A stretch of 63,366 nt of DNA, the filler included, from Nemertoderma westbladi (lineage: Eukaryota; Animalia; Xenacoelomorpha): the NCBI GenBank assembly GCA_032718475.1. It is 3 parts of 3 records of this genome, joined end to end, with 100 filler letters (N's around TTAATTAATTAA, not from the genome) between each part and the next. Parts side by side here need not be neighbours in the genome. Positions count along the whole stretch, not along the records: positions 1 to 27,591 come from JAUCBJ010005971.1; positions 27,692 to 41,907 come from JAUCBJ010008585.1; 1 more part is not named here. The stretch is one strand, 5' to 3'. Below the pieces are notes generated by a model that had not been told where the DNA came from, searched no databases, and saw only the letters and a list, made by a program, of their open reading frames with translations. Within the stretch, counting starts at the first letter, position 1. Every line of letters begins with the position of its first letter. The position numbers were made by a program, and so were the translations under genes. Of this stretch, positions 24,591 through 37,296 are shown piece by piece.

Positions 24591-25899
24591 TATTATATCC
24601 AATGGGAAGAGCTCCAATTCCGAGTAGTTGAAATGGAGTTGAGCTGTTTATGCAACTGTAATTAATGATGTAATATTATGGTTTTTTCCATTTCTGAACA
24701 AAAAAGCCATAATATTACACCAATAATTTATCTGTGCTAACAGTGCTATATAATGAATCTTTGTAGATTTATCTCAATTTTAAAAATGTATTCCATCACG
24801 TACCATCGCAGTGAAATCAATGTTTTAATTCCTGGTTGTATGTCTATTGTCCCAGTTGAGTTCGAGTGAAATACATTTAGCAATTATGCTTTACATAATC
24901 ATCTCATGAAGAAATACTTTTGAAAATTTACAAAGTGGCGTCATAACATTTCGGGTTCCTGAGCTGTATTCCATTATAGAATTTACTATAATGGGATGAT
25001 GTAAATTATGACAGTATATTTATTACTAAAATATATGGTAGCAATGGATGCACAGTCTTACCCGTTCCTAAATAAATAATAAATTATGTCAAAATGTCAT
25101 TTTCAATTTGACAATTTGACATTTAGACATGTCAAAATCTTTTAACTGGAAATTACATCATTTTCAATGATACCAGTTGGGCATCAATCGGATTATTGAT
25201 GACAATCATATTCACATTACCTCTAAAATCACACAAAACATTTACTATAAACTCACATGCCAAGTTTAAAGAAAAAAGGCAGATATCTGCCGTACTAGCG
25301 TAGTAATTAGCCTTCAATATTACCTCTTACTCAAACTTAATAAATGTTCTTACCATTATTTGATTGACACACAAAAAGGTACCATCAATTGTATTTTAAA
25401 TTTATATATTCATGCATGCCTATTTGCTAGGGAAATGTTAATGGCATAAATGGATGCCAAGCTTGTAACATCAATGATTGCTTCACATGAACTCAAGGCT
25501 ACGGGACGGGTGCTCCATAAAGTTGCGGTTTTTATGCATTTCAGGCTTACCTGTCAATTGACTCCAGGTATACATACCATTAGGTACATTAAGGGCAGCA
25601 GGTAGCTTGTGGTTTCCAGCATTACTATAATTTTAACTTAAAAATTATATTATTTCAATGCATCTATTTATTATGGAAGTGCATCATCAACCCATAGTTA
25701 ATCATGTCAGGTTTACAGGTAGATAGCATCTTCTGCATTATACTTTCTTATGATCAATACATTGTAATGATGCTGTTAATGCAGTAAATGTTATTATTGC
25801 AATGTTTTTGGGTTTATTTAAAATAAAATCATTACAATTTAAAAAGTATATTTATTAATTAGTAAAATAATTGTTGAATTCTCAATTATTGATTGGGAT

Positions 25900-26146
25900 A
25901 ATCTTTTAGGCTCGTTAGGCCAAGAAGTGCCTGTTCACCACCATGGGTGATCTTTCTTTTAAATCCTTATACTATGTTTCCAAAGTTGCCTCGGTTCCCA
26001 TTTATCGACCAGTGAAGGATGAAAACCAGGGTTGGGCTAGGCTGCAGCAATTAAAGCACTGTGCCTAAACAGCTGCCCCATACAGGGATCGAATGAGTGC
26101 CTACTGATTGAAAGCCCAGGAATGTTACAACAAGACCAAGCTGCTC
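25900..26146 (-). mobile_element. Probable tRNA-derived SINE remnant
   Basis: Minus strand starts gagcagcttggtcttgttgtaac..ttcgatccc (A/B-box-like), followed by a 'ttcatcctt..gtcgataaatggg' core reminiscent of invertebrate SINEs. Confidence 0.4.
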
Positions 26147-26599
26147 AAATATTCAGAATACATCAATCTCTAACATAATACGTTTGGGAAATAACTTCCT
26201 TTCTTAGGTAATAATCATATAATTATTATTAAAGATTAAAGGTTATTAATATATGATTAATATTATTCAAAGCCAATCTTTTTGAATCTGGAATACTTAA
26301 CTTACTTAACTGTAGAGTTAAGCTTCTACGCCTTATAAGTATAACCATGTGCGTGCATAAAGTGAATAATTGTAAGTGTCCTAATTACCTAAAAAAAAAT
26401 TCCATGATACACCACACTCTTACAGTACACAGAGGTAGTGCTTCAAACTTCTACCTTCTGAATTGTAAATCCTTCGAAACTAACTCTAAGGTTTACTTAG
26501 CTCACTTGAGGGGATTCATACAATATAATAAATAATAACAATTAATTGATGACTCCTTAATCTTATTATATAACAATATTAACAAAGAGTTAGTTAGCT

Positions 26600-27591
26600 G
26601 CTTAGATGGTGGGTGTCTCCCCTGAGGTCTTTAAATACCCTAATAATTTGGAGCTCATTTATCCCATCATAGTAGTCAAGTGTCCCACATGAAATGAAAA
26701 CAAATACGTTGGTGCCAGTTCCCAAGAAGGGCCACCTAAGACTCTATGGTACTTTTTGGGGAATCTCATTGATCTTGATTGCTGCAAAGCTATACAATAT
26801 AATTATATTACAATTACTGGTTGCTAAATTTGTTGACTTCTTCAAAGCGTTTGATTCATTCTCTCGCTCACATATGTTCAGCATACTTTCATTATATGGG
26901 ATTCCTGATGAAATTATTGCAGCAATCAGATTAGTATGTGATGGTTCGATGACATTTGTGTCTACTGTTGACGGTGACATTCGACGACATTTGTGTATAC
27001 TGTTGACGGTGACACAGAACCATTCGAACTGTTATGGGGAGTCTTCTAGGGACACACACTTGCATCATTCATATTCATAATTGTGGTTGACTATGTTCTA
27101 TGCATGTCCTTAGATCATCATAATGATGATGGGGTGATTGATTGTAACTCCACCTACTGGCACCAGAAGTCGATATCTTGCCAAGTACATAACTGATCTA
27201 GACTTGGCTGATGACTTGAGTACTGTCAGAAACACTAGGGAGCCCAACGGCTCCTCATCCCATTAGAACAGGCTGCTTCTAGTGTTGGCCTTTTTCTTAA
27301 CTCCTAAAAAGCCAAAATTTACACAGTTAACATTGAAAGTCCTTAGCAAAGCTCTGATCGGATGAGCATAAGCTCAAAGGATGGTATGCTTGAGCATGTG
27401 GACGACTTCTGTTACCTGGGATCATGGATCCAGAAGTAAGGCCTTCGAATACGTAAGGGAAAGGCATGGGCAGCATTGAATGGGCTTTCCAGGATTTGGA
27501 AGTCACACAGAATTCATCAGAAACTTAAGGTCCAATTATTTAGGGCAGCAGTAGTTCCAGTACTCCTCTATGGGAGTCCATCACGTAAGGT
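26600..27591 (+). mobile_element. Degenerate RTE-like LINE copy, runs into the gap
   Basis: LVPVPKKG, FVDFFKAFDS, DLDLADD; homologous to the 55596-59370 copy. Confidence 0.85.
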
Positions 27592-27691
27592 NNNNNNNNN
27601 NNNNNNNNNNNNNNNNNNNNNNNNNNNNNNNNNNNTTAATTAATTAANNNNNNNNNNNNNNNNNNNNNNNNNNNNNNNNNNNNNNNNNNNN
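27592..27691. other. Assembly gap with TTAATTAATTAA spacer
   Basis: 100-bp N run with a central six-frame-stop linker. Confidence 0.95.
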
Positions 27692-28680
27692 GACATATCT
27701 TCACCATCAGAGACTGATGAGTATATAACAGTAGATAATATATCAGACAATTCAAATGAAACTGAAATGGATCCTACTTACTCATACAGCATAAAGGAAA
27801 AGAAAGGTGAATCCCTACAAGGAAGTCAGGTACCAACAAACATAAGAAAAGACTCTGTAATAATCACAAACCCATCAGTGAAATGTCCCTCTACTCTAGA
27901 ACAAGTCCTCAAAAACAATGAGACCTGGCAAGAACCAAAAAGATCTGCCAAACCAACCTTCAAATCAAAGATCCAGATGCAGCACAACATTAAGACTGAA
28001 AACAAATATAGTGAACTAGATAATGATACCAAAATTACCATACTTCCACAACAACTGACTGATTTCTTGGTGAATCTAAATAATGTTTCCAAAGAAACTG
28101 TCAATCTAAGAAAATCACAAGGTAGTAGCAAGAATGAACACAACAACTTTAAGCAACATCAAACGAGATACGAACAAGAAACCCAACGAAGCACCCCTTC
28201 CAACAAACGGAAGCAGTAGAAGCAGCACAGATATGAAGCGGAATAATAAAGGGTTTGATCTACACTACAAAACCTCTAGGGATTCATACTGGCACAATAA
28301 CAATCAAGCCAACTATAATGGTAATCAATATAAATCTATCCTGCAAGATAATAATAGGCATACGGAGTATGTGAGGAACTCTTGGAGACATGCCCCAGAA
28401 TCATCTCGACACCAAAGTCAAACATACCAGCAGTATCAGAAGAACAGAGTGAGTAGACATGATTATCCACATCAACACTTCCCAAACCCTCATCTAAGAG
28501 ACCAATCTGAACATACCTCGTACCCCAGTAATGACCAATGTGACATAACCTATGATAACAGGTATTACAACCGATCCAACAGAAGTCATATGGCTAGGAA
28601 TCGTTTTTAAGCTGGCTCCGAGTATCACAACTGGAGACCTAAATTTCAAAAATGCTGGAAATACGAGTAATATTTTGCAG
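27692..28680 (+). other. Low-complexity overlapping ORFs, possibly a retroelement ORF1 C-terminus
   Basis: TENKYSELD (NRF/Y.xL-like motif) and N/Q/H/R-rich tail; no diagnostic domain. Confidence 0.3.
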
Positions 28681-29394
28681 AGAAGTGAAATCAGTCTTAC
28701 TCAGTTTTTAAGACTTGCATTTTAATTTTCACATTTTTTACTCAAAATAGATAGATAGACAATTTGTTGTCAAAGAATAGTTAAGGAATGTCTCGCAAAG
28801 TTTATTCATGGGATTTTTCAGTGAATCTAATTTCGCAATAAAAAAATGTCAAATTAATAGTGCTAAAACCCAGCATCACTCTGTAGAACAAATATATTAT
28901 AAAAAATGTAATATACTATATTAACACTGACACATTGACTTACCTATACATAGTTGCAACACTACAGTGTATACATGAGACATTGTTTCATAATGTTACA
29001 TATCGAATAACACTATTACTGCTATATCTAGCACATACTCACAACAATCAATACCCTACATCTAAACATTAATTATCATTCCATCTTATATTCAAACGTA
29101 ATTAACCTGTCAATATTGTACTGATAATGTATGTAGAACAAGTAAATTATTATTATTAGTTAGATGTATTTCGTATTAATTAATATGCATTTTATGCTAT
29201 CGAAATCATTAGAATAATTGGATCTCGTTGGTAACATATGCTATAGTATAGAATTCAATGAACAATAATTTATAATTGATACTACCACAAGCTATTTGTA
29301 AACATCTGCGACCAGTTATGATGAATAAATCGATATTGAATAATTATTACTTGGCATTCAACAGCTATAACTCGGATATTTATCGCCTTTTTCT

Positions 29395-29990
29395 CTCGAG
29401 GTTGGGTGGAAGAGTGGGTGACGAGTTGTGAGGAGTTATAACAGTCCCGAGTTCGAACCCGGTTGAATATTTTGTTATCTGAAAAATTGCGAAATTAAAT
29501 TTAGTTACTGGTGAAAAATAGTAGAAGTTACCTGTAGACACCTCTAGCGTCTGTAAAATAAAGGTTGGTAAATATGAAAATACTGGTTGCTGAAAAATAG
29601 CGATTTGAAAAATAGTAGACGTTACCTGTAGACACTCGTAGCACCTGTAAAATAAAGGTTGGTAAATATGAAAATACTGGTTGCTGAAAAATTGCGATTT
29701 GAAAAATAGTAGAAGTTACCTGATGCTAAGTGTAGACACTCGAACACCTGTAAAATAAAGGCTTATGATTGGATGCAGTACTAGAGTTGGGTGACTAATA
29801 ACGCCTCTAGCGGAATAAGCGGGAACTTGAGAAGTTACCATGGTTACGGATGAAATGCTGACATCTGATTGGTTGAAATAATAACGACCACCGCAAAAGG
29901 TTGAAATGGTGGCTTCTGATTGGCTGCAGTACCAGAAATGGATGGTAATGATGGGCTACGGGTGACCATGTGCCCGTGTCATAGTTTCTT
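29395..29990 (+). repeat. Composite repeat: tRNA-like head, ~94-bp tandem units x2.7, terminal hairpin
   Basis: gagttcgaaccc B-box at ~29449; 'aaaatagtagaagttacctgtagacac..gtaaaataaagg' repeated 29516-29761; acgggtgaccatgtgcccgt hairpin near 29960. Confidence 0.55.
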
Positions 29991-30001
29991 ATACTACTCA
30001 T

Positions 30002-33000
30002 AGATCAGAACAGTTTAAACTTCTGGATTAGGTGAGAATGATTGATTGTGTCAAAGGCTTTGCTGAAGTCGATTAACACCATTCCAGTTAAACCTCCATT
30101 ATCCATAGCATCCCTGATGAAGTTGTCAACAAACATCAGACTAGTATCTGTCAGTCTGTAGAGTAGCCAGCTCTAAATCCCGATTGATATTTATTTATAA
30201 TGTTGTTGCTGTTAAAATATAATGTTAATTGATCGTGTACAATACGTTCTAGAACTTTGGAAAGAATCGGTAAAAGTGACACAGGTCTATAATTTTCTAC
30301 AGCAGTGTGAGAACCTTTTTTGAAAATTGGTACCACCTTGGCCTATTTATTCACCGAAGGAAATATTCTATTTGCTATTTCCGATACATAAGTTGGTTAT
30401 GTGAGTTAGTGGTTGTGCAATAAGGTCAGCACTATCTCTAACAATTTTGGCAGATATACCATCATGTCCTGTACTTTTCCCTATATCCAAACCGCGCAAT
30501 ATATAGAAAATGGCTGAAATACTAGTTGTGTGAAAAGAAAAGCTGTTCTGATGTATCCCTAATCCTTCATAGTACTTGGATGTAGGTATGTATCCATATT
30601 CACCTGTTGGTGGAGGTAGTTTATCCACAAGTTTTTCAGCAATGTTTGAGAAATAGTCGTTGAAATGATTGCATACAGTATTATATCTGTATCTTGCGAA
30701 AGTATGGCATCTGATTAGGCTCAAAATCCAATTTTTCACTCTTCAATATCAGTATGATGTTCTTCAATATCAATATTGCGAGTAATATCAATAATATTAC
30801 ATCATCGTGCAATATTATTACACCTTAATTCAATATATATTGAATAATCAAGAATTAACAGAAATTCAATATTAATACATATTGATTCAATATGTTGCCA
30901 GGATGTCAACATATTAATGCAATATGTGCGAATATTGATTCCATATGTTGCCACAATGTCAACATATTGATTCAATATGTTGCCAACATGTCAACATATT
31001 GATTTAATATGTTTGTATATGGAATCAATATTTGCACAATATTGATTGAATATCTGTTAATTATTGAATATTCAATATATATTGAATTAAGGTGTAATAA
31101 TATTGCCCGATGATGTAATATTATTGATATTACTCGCAATATTGATATTGAACAATATCATACTGATATTGAAGAGTGAAAAATTGAATTTTGAGCCTAA
31201 TCAGATGCCATAGCGTAATATCCCCCTCGATCAATAATCCTGCTGGTATAATGGATTGCTTTTTGGATGGAACACCAAGCGACTTTAAGATCTTCCAAAG
31301 CGCATTTGTGTTATCTTTATTTGACTCTATCTGCTCTTTGATGTAATCGGATTTCTTCTGACGAATAAGTGTCGTTACTTCATTTCGAAGGTGCTTGTAT
31401 TCGGAATGATCATGTGATGACCTACTAATGGAGTATCGTATGAATGCTTTGTTGCACTACTGGAGTATCGTTTGAATGCTTTGTTGCGTAGTGTTATTGC
31501 AGTCAATATTTCACCATCAATCCATTTTTCAGATCTAACTTTTATTCGTCTGGTACGCATGGGTGCGAGTGTCAATTATGGATTTCAACTCCTCACTGAG
31601 TTGCTGTGCTACAATCTCGATTTGTGACTGTTGGGAGATTTGCTGGATGACAGCGTTTGACTTTTGCTGGATGACAGCGTTTGACTTAATCATTTGTAAT
31701 AGTGCTTCTTTTAAATATTTTGTATAGTTTCGGCAGTTTATAGTTGTATGACGATTCAATCTCAATCTCTCCTTTTTCCTTGTTAAAAATACCATATAAT
31801 GGTCACTCAAACATGTCTTGATAACTCCACTCGTTTTGACCATTGGAGTTGCTCCGACAAATACATGGTCGATACAGGAACTGCTGTTTTCCGTCACACG
31901 TGTAGGTTCATTTATAATTTTTTTTATGCCAACAGAATTAGAAAAGTTAGTTAGTTTGTTGATGTCTGTTGAAGATGCATTTGTATTCTTCTTAGGTACA
32001 GTAGTAGCATATCTGTATTTGTATCACCGAGTATATTCATTATCTTCATTATATTATTATATTGAGATATGTCACCAATTGAAAGTTCAATATTTGTAAA
32101 AAAAAAAGTCGTTGTCATTTTGAGGTCGATAAATAACCCCTAACAGAATTGGTTTGGTGTGTGGTTAAGGAAGAGGTTACCAATTAATATTTCGGAATAG
32201 GAATGAGTGAATTCCTTTACAAAAGTTAAATTATTTTCTACATATATTGCGACTCCATCCCCACGGTAAAGAGACCCCATTTCTATGTCTGTCATGCCTG
32301 TATATTTTGTAGCCGAAAATCATTACTTCCTCATCTGGCACAGAAGTATCCAGCCATGTTTCGGTGACCATTACAGTAGCACGTGTATCCGGCAAGAGTT
32401 CATGATTATTAACAATTCGGTAATTTTGGGCTTTAGAGTTTGGATGTTAATATGGGCAACATGAACACCACGTGCATCAAATTATTCTAGCCCGGGGTAT
32501 GGTGATTCCATGGTTTGTATGTTGATTGTAGATGTGTCTTATAGCTGATGTCATTGTGGTCCACCAGTAGCACTTGATTGGGAGGGGCTGTTTTGAGATT
32601 GCTGCCCAGGAAATGTATCATTTGCGAGTATTGGCATTATTTATAGATTGATCAGTGTTTTTTGCAACAGTTTCCTGTGTGACAGAAGCAGTGTTCCGAT
32701 TATTCTTGGATGCATATCGCTGCCAAACAGACTCCAGTTCCTGGTGAGTCCTATCTGGAGTGATACGAACCGCATGTATATCATTAGTCGGAAGAGTGAC
32801 AGATACAATGTTGCTTTCGCGACTGTCGTATCATGAATTGAGAACCTTCCATTTGTCACATTCTTGACGGAAAGCCACTACAACCTTATCACAAAATCCA
32901 AAAGGTCGATGATTTACAAAGCAACGAAGTCGCCTGGTTGATCTAGGCTTTACAAAGCAACGAAGTCGCATATGGTTGATCTAGGCTGAGTGTCATTACA

Positions 33001-34110
33001 TGCAATTTCCACAAGGCATGCATTAATTATCATTTAATCGTAATCACCTCGATGGATGACTGATGTTTGTTGATTCAGGAATTGGAACATTATACATAAT
33101 TATGTTCATTCGCTTGTTTATCTCTCTGCTCAGCCTCGTTTCTGTTGTCCCTCAAAGAATGAGTTGGGAAGTGTGCTGTGGGAGCTGTGCTCGGAAGTAA
33201 ATTCCGCACGACGATGAGCTAAAGGGATATTATTTCGCTTGTTTGACTAACTGAGGTCATTTACCGTATCAGATAAACTACTGTCTGTAGCAATTGCATC
33301 ATTTAACTCTGATAGGGTTGATTTAATTGATTTAGTTTCCTTGGAGACGACATCATCTACTTGTACTACGCCAGATGGATTGATCATGTTCTAGTGTTGA
33401 CGTTTTGGATTGCGTAGGTGTTAAATAAGAATCACAATCTGTGCATAATACTCTTAGTTTATCAGCATATTTTTTGACAATCTTGAACTCAGTCAATGAC
33501 ATTCCTGGGCAGATACACCTAAAGTGAACCCAACCAACGCATCCATCGCAACCGAAACAGTGATCATCTATGATTTCATGGGAGCAAACAAAACATAAAA
33601 TATTTGTAGAATTATTGGATGACAATGAAATAGTGCGCTGAAGTAGAGAATTATCGGAAAGAGTGTCCATAGTAGTTAGTACAGTAGTTGTGGATAAAAC
33701 TTTGCTGTTATTGCAGATATGTTTATCTTTAACTCCTTTTTCCGCATACATAGCTATGCAGTCGACACACTCATAAAGTTGACCGGCGGCAGATAGTTTT
33801 TGACTGAGAGTTGATGCTACTTTGTTGTGGGTAGTCTGTCCTACCTGGGTAGATGACTTTCCATTATTATCTGACTTTGTCACCAACTTTTTTCCCTCCG
33901 AAGGAGTGGTAGCAATTTCCCGTAATAAGTTAGCAATAAGTAGTATGTAGGCTAACGATATTACTGTCAGACTTATGTATACAGTAGGCCTAATCGACAC
34001 CGGTAAAGCTAAAGCTGTAAAGCGTTACACAGTTCAGCAGTTACACCAGCACACCGTTAAGTTCAAAGTTAGGCTAGTCACTAGTCAGCTCTGCAGCTAG
34101 GCTAGTACAA
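30002..34110 (-). mobile_element. CR1/L2-group LINE: PHD-finger ORF1, APE and RT (3'-truncated in RT), degenerate
   Basis: ORF1 CFVC..CDGCVGWVHFRC..CTDC; VTETWLD, SCIDHVFV, SDHYMVF, ENYRPVSLLP, YQSGFR, LIDFSKAFD. Confidence 0.9.
30705..31210. mobile_element. ~506-bp palindromic AATATT-rich MITE (probable TA TSD) inserted in the LINE
   Basis: ta|TGGCATCTGATTAGGCTCAAAAT...ATTTTGAGCCTAATCAGATGCCA|ta; long inverted arms and central 'atgttgcca..atgtcaacatatt' repeats. Confidence 0.9.
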
Positions 34111-34173
34111 GTATAGAATTACAGACTTATTCAGAACACATATATATATCTGTATATTGCTGTATTAACAAAC

Positions 34174-35862
34174 ATGGCTGAAGCAACTCCTCCTCAACAT
34201 GGAGTGCGATCACGCTCAGTTCGTTCGGAAAAACGGACTGAAGTTCATTCATCTCGTTCCTCTCCACTGAGTCCGACCAGAATATCTCGGTACAACGAGA
34301 AAGAGGAATTGGGACAACTCAACGATCGGTTAGCCGTTTACATCGACCGCATGCGGCATTTAGAGAACGAAAACAAACAATTAACGACTCGAATTTCGTC
34401 ATTCGAAGAAGTTTCTCTCGAAGAATCAACGGTACTACGAACCTCGTACGAGTCGGAACTGAAAGCGGCTCGTCAAATGATAGACAACTTGGCACGGGAA
34501 AAGTCGAAACTTCAGATCGAAGCGAGCAAATGGAAAGCCGAATCCGACGATTACAGAGTTCGTTTTAGTAAGAAAGAACGCGAGTTCTTAACAGCCGAGA
34601 AACGACTTAATATTCTGGAGAAGTTGCTTCCCGATCGCGAGAAATCCTTGGATACTGCGATCAGAGAGTGCGACAGACGTAAGGAAGAATTGGCGATGAT
34701 TGAGAAGCAACTCGCCACCGCCAAGGTACAACTGGAGGAGGAAACCTTCTTACGGGTTGACTTTGAAAATAAACTGAAGAGTCTTAAAGAAGATTACACC
34801 TTCAAAGTTGGGATGTACGAGAAACGTCTGCAGGAATCCCGACGTCAGAGGTCCATAGAAATAGAGGAAGTCCAGGGGGAAGTTAAAGCCGTATTTGAGT
34901 CGCAGTTATCGGAGGCATTGCAGGAGATGAGAGAACAGCAGGACGAAGCTGTAATGAGTTATAGAAAGGAAACTGAAGAGAGTTTCCTACTGAGAATCAA
35001 AGATATCGAAGATAGTCACTCAAAGAAGTCTAAGGAAATGACGGGAGTCCGGGATGAGCTCATAGAAACTAAGAAAAGGATGGATAGTCTGTCCTGTCAG
35101 ATCAGCACGTTGAAGAGTCAGAATATCGATTACGAGGGACGAGTTCAAACCCTAATGAAGGAGCTTGATGAGGAACGCAACCGCTATCAGAAGGCCTTGC
35201 CAGTCTGGGAGGGGGAAGTGCGCAGCTTAAAGGAGGAACTTCACAGTCAGTTTATGGAGTATCAGGAGTTGTTAGACATTAAGATGGGGTTGGACACCGA
35301 GTTGGTCGCCTATAGGAAGCTGTTGGAGAGCGAAGAGCACAGATTGAATATAACGCCGTCGCCGGCACGCCAGCCGCGTCCCTTTACCGGTACGGGACGC
35401 CGATCGCGGAAGAGAGCCGCCCACAGGTCGCGTCTCGAGCAAACAGCCGAGTCCTCGGGGACTCTCAATGTATCCGAGGTTGACCCCCAGGGCCATTACG
35501 TTGTTATCAGCAGCGACTCCGTCGAGGATCAGATTCTAGGCGGCTATAAGATTAAACGCAACATCCCCGGTCGGCCCGATATTATCTACAAGTTCCCGGC
35601 CAAGTTCCTTCTGGGCGCCGGACGTTCGGTCAAGGTTTGGGGTAATGCCGCTAGTGGGGCGGTGCACACGCCTCCTAGCGACATGGTCTGGAAACACTCG
35701 GCCAACTGGGGCGTCGCCAAGTCGGTCAGCGTTGCATTAGTAGACGGGAGTGGCGTCGAGGTAGCCTCTCGTAGTCTTTGCGTCGTCGTTGATGAGGAAA
35801 GCGAACACGAAGAGGCTAATGAGGCGAAGAAACCCCGAGAGGAGTTATGCAGGTTAATGTAA
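34174..35862 (+). CDS. LMN: B-type nuclear lamin, single coding exon (562 aa)
   Basis: SPLSPTR CDK1 site, LNDRLAVYID and YRKLLESEE rod ends, NLS RRSRKR, Ig-like lamin tail domain, acidic patch, CaaX CRLM; aaacATG start context. Confidence 0.97.
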   Translation: MAEATPPQHGVRSRSVRSEKRTEVHSSRSSPLSPTRISRYNEKEELGQLNDRLAVYIDRMRHLENENKQLTTRISSFEEVSLEESTVLRTSYESELKAARQMIDNLAREKSKLQIEASKWKAESDDYRVRFSKKEREFLTAEKRLNILEKLLPDREKSLDTAIRECDRRKEELAMIEKQLATAKVQLEEETFLRVDFENKLKSLKEDYTFKVGMYEKRLQESRRQRSIEIEEVQGEVKAVFESQLSEALQEMREQQDEAVMSYRKETEESFLLRIKDIEDSHSKKSKEMTGVRDELIETKKRMDSLSCQISTLKSQNIDYEGRVQTLMKELDEERNRYQKALPVWEGEVRSLKEELHSQFMEYQELLDIKMGLDTELVAYRKLLESEEHRLNITPSPARQPRPFTGTGRRSRKRAAHRSRLEQTAESSGTLNVSEVDPQGHYVVISSDSVEDQILGGYKIKRNIPGRPDIIYKFPAKFLLGAGRSVKVWGNAASGAVHTPPSDMVWKHSANWGVAKSVSVALVDGSGVEVASRSLCVVVDEESEHEEANEAKKPREELCRLM

Positions 35863-37296
35863 CCATAGGAACAGATATAATGCTCTAGTAATTCGCACAT
35901 TATATACGAGGAATATTAGCAATGACTCTCGCAGCTCGACAGCTGGTACGGCCTGACATTTATAGGAATTAATAAGTTTTATAAAGTTTTAGGTGATTTA
36001 AATTCTTGAGTTGTTTTTGTGTTGTAAAGATGGCAAATTGGCGAGGCGAGGTTACTGATGATGGACAATTTTATTACTGTAGTGTAGATATTTTATATAA
36101 TGCCAATGGCGATCACCAATGATACTACAATTTATAGGTACAGTGTAGTTTAATACTTTGTTTGGGTGTCTACCAGTAGATGACAATTTTGTTACATTAT
36201 GTAAACTTATCAACGTCCTGATGATATCCTCGTAACGCAGATAAGTAATCACTTCTAACTTGGTAACAATAATAATGTCTTTAGTATTCTCCATTATGTG
36301 ATAGCTATTGAATGCTAATTGTGAGATTATTTACCGTACAATTGTTACAGTAATGCAATAAATTTCATAACAACGATATGAATTTTATTAATATTCCTAA
36401 ACATTACAATAGTAAAGCTAATAATTTCGCATTTAGAACACCGATAATATGTAAAGGGCGCCACTGTTTAGCATTAAAGACTCTCTTTATTTACCTAAAC
36501 TTTACTCGCTACGCTCGCACGGTTCATAAATACATTTGGGTCATAACGCTGAAAAGTTGTCTTCTTGGCATTCAAAGATGTAAATAGATAATATTTTATA
36601 GGCTTATAACAATATTTTGCCATTTTAGTATATTATACCACCTCTAATGTTATTTTAATATTTACTACCTTTATGTCGGTCTAACTCTTATATTGATGTA
36701 TTTTTATTTTTTTTGGTCCTCGTATTGTTTTTGTATCTTGAATGTTATACGGTACTTAAGAACTTTTGTCATCAGCCAGATATTTTGTAAATTGTGTTTC
36801 TTGTGTGAGCAAGTGCAATTAATATCGCGTGTCTATAACCTTCTTGGATTTGTTAATTCGGTTTTTATGATTGACTTATGGATTACCGCGAAATTTACGT
36901 ACTAATATTTTTTGAATTTAAGAGCATGACGTACAAACTGGACAAAAGCTTGCGCTCATTGTTTTCATGTTGCTTGTATTATACTTTGGGGAACTGCATC
37001 TGGTGGCATTTTTTATTCCATCATTAAAGCATTATCATTCCATTAGCATTATCTGTTAACCATCATCAACAATAATTAATTATAGTGAATTAATTAATTA
37101 ATTTTATTGTTAATTTTCGCATATTGCTACGGAAACTAGCTAAAATTATAATCGTATAATTTTAAAAAAATGTTCTATAAATGTTAAAAAATAAAAGTTA
37201 AAATGGATTCTAGAAAATATACATTACATTATATTTAATACAAATTAATGTAGTGGCATAAGCTATAGTATAATAATAATGCAAAGACAAATATAA

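Noticed and set aside
27592-27691. TTAATTAATTAA motif inside N runs (also 41908-42007)
   Set aside because: Identical artificial scaffolding linker, not biological.
29516-29761. Repeat array as a possible CRISPR
   Set aside because: Head-to-tail units with no unique spacers, no cas genes, eukaryotic context.
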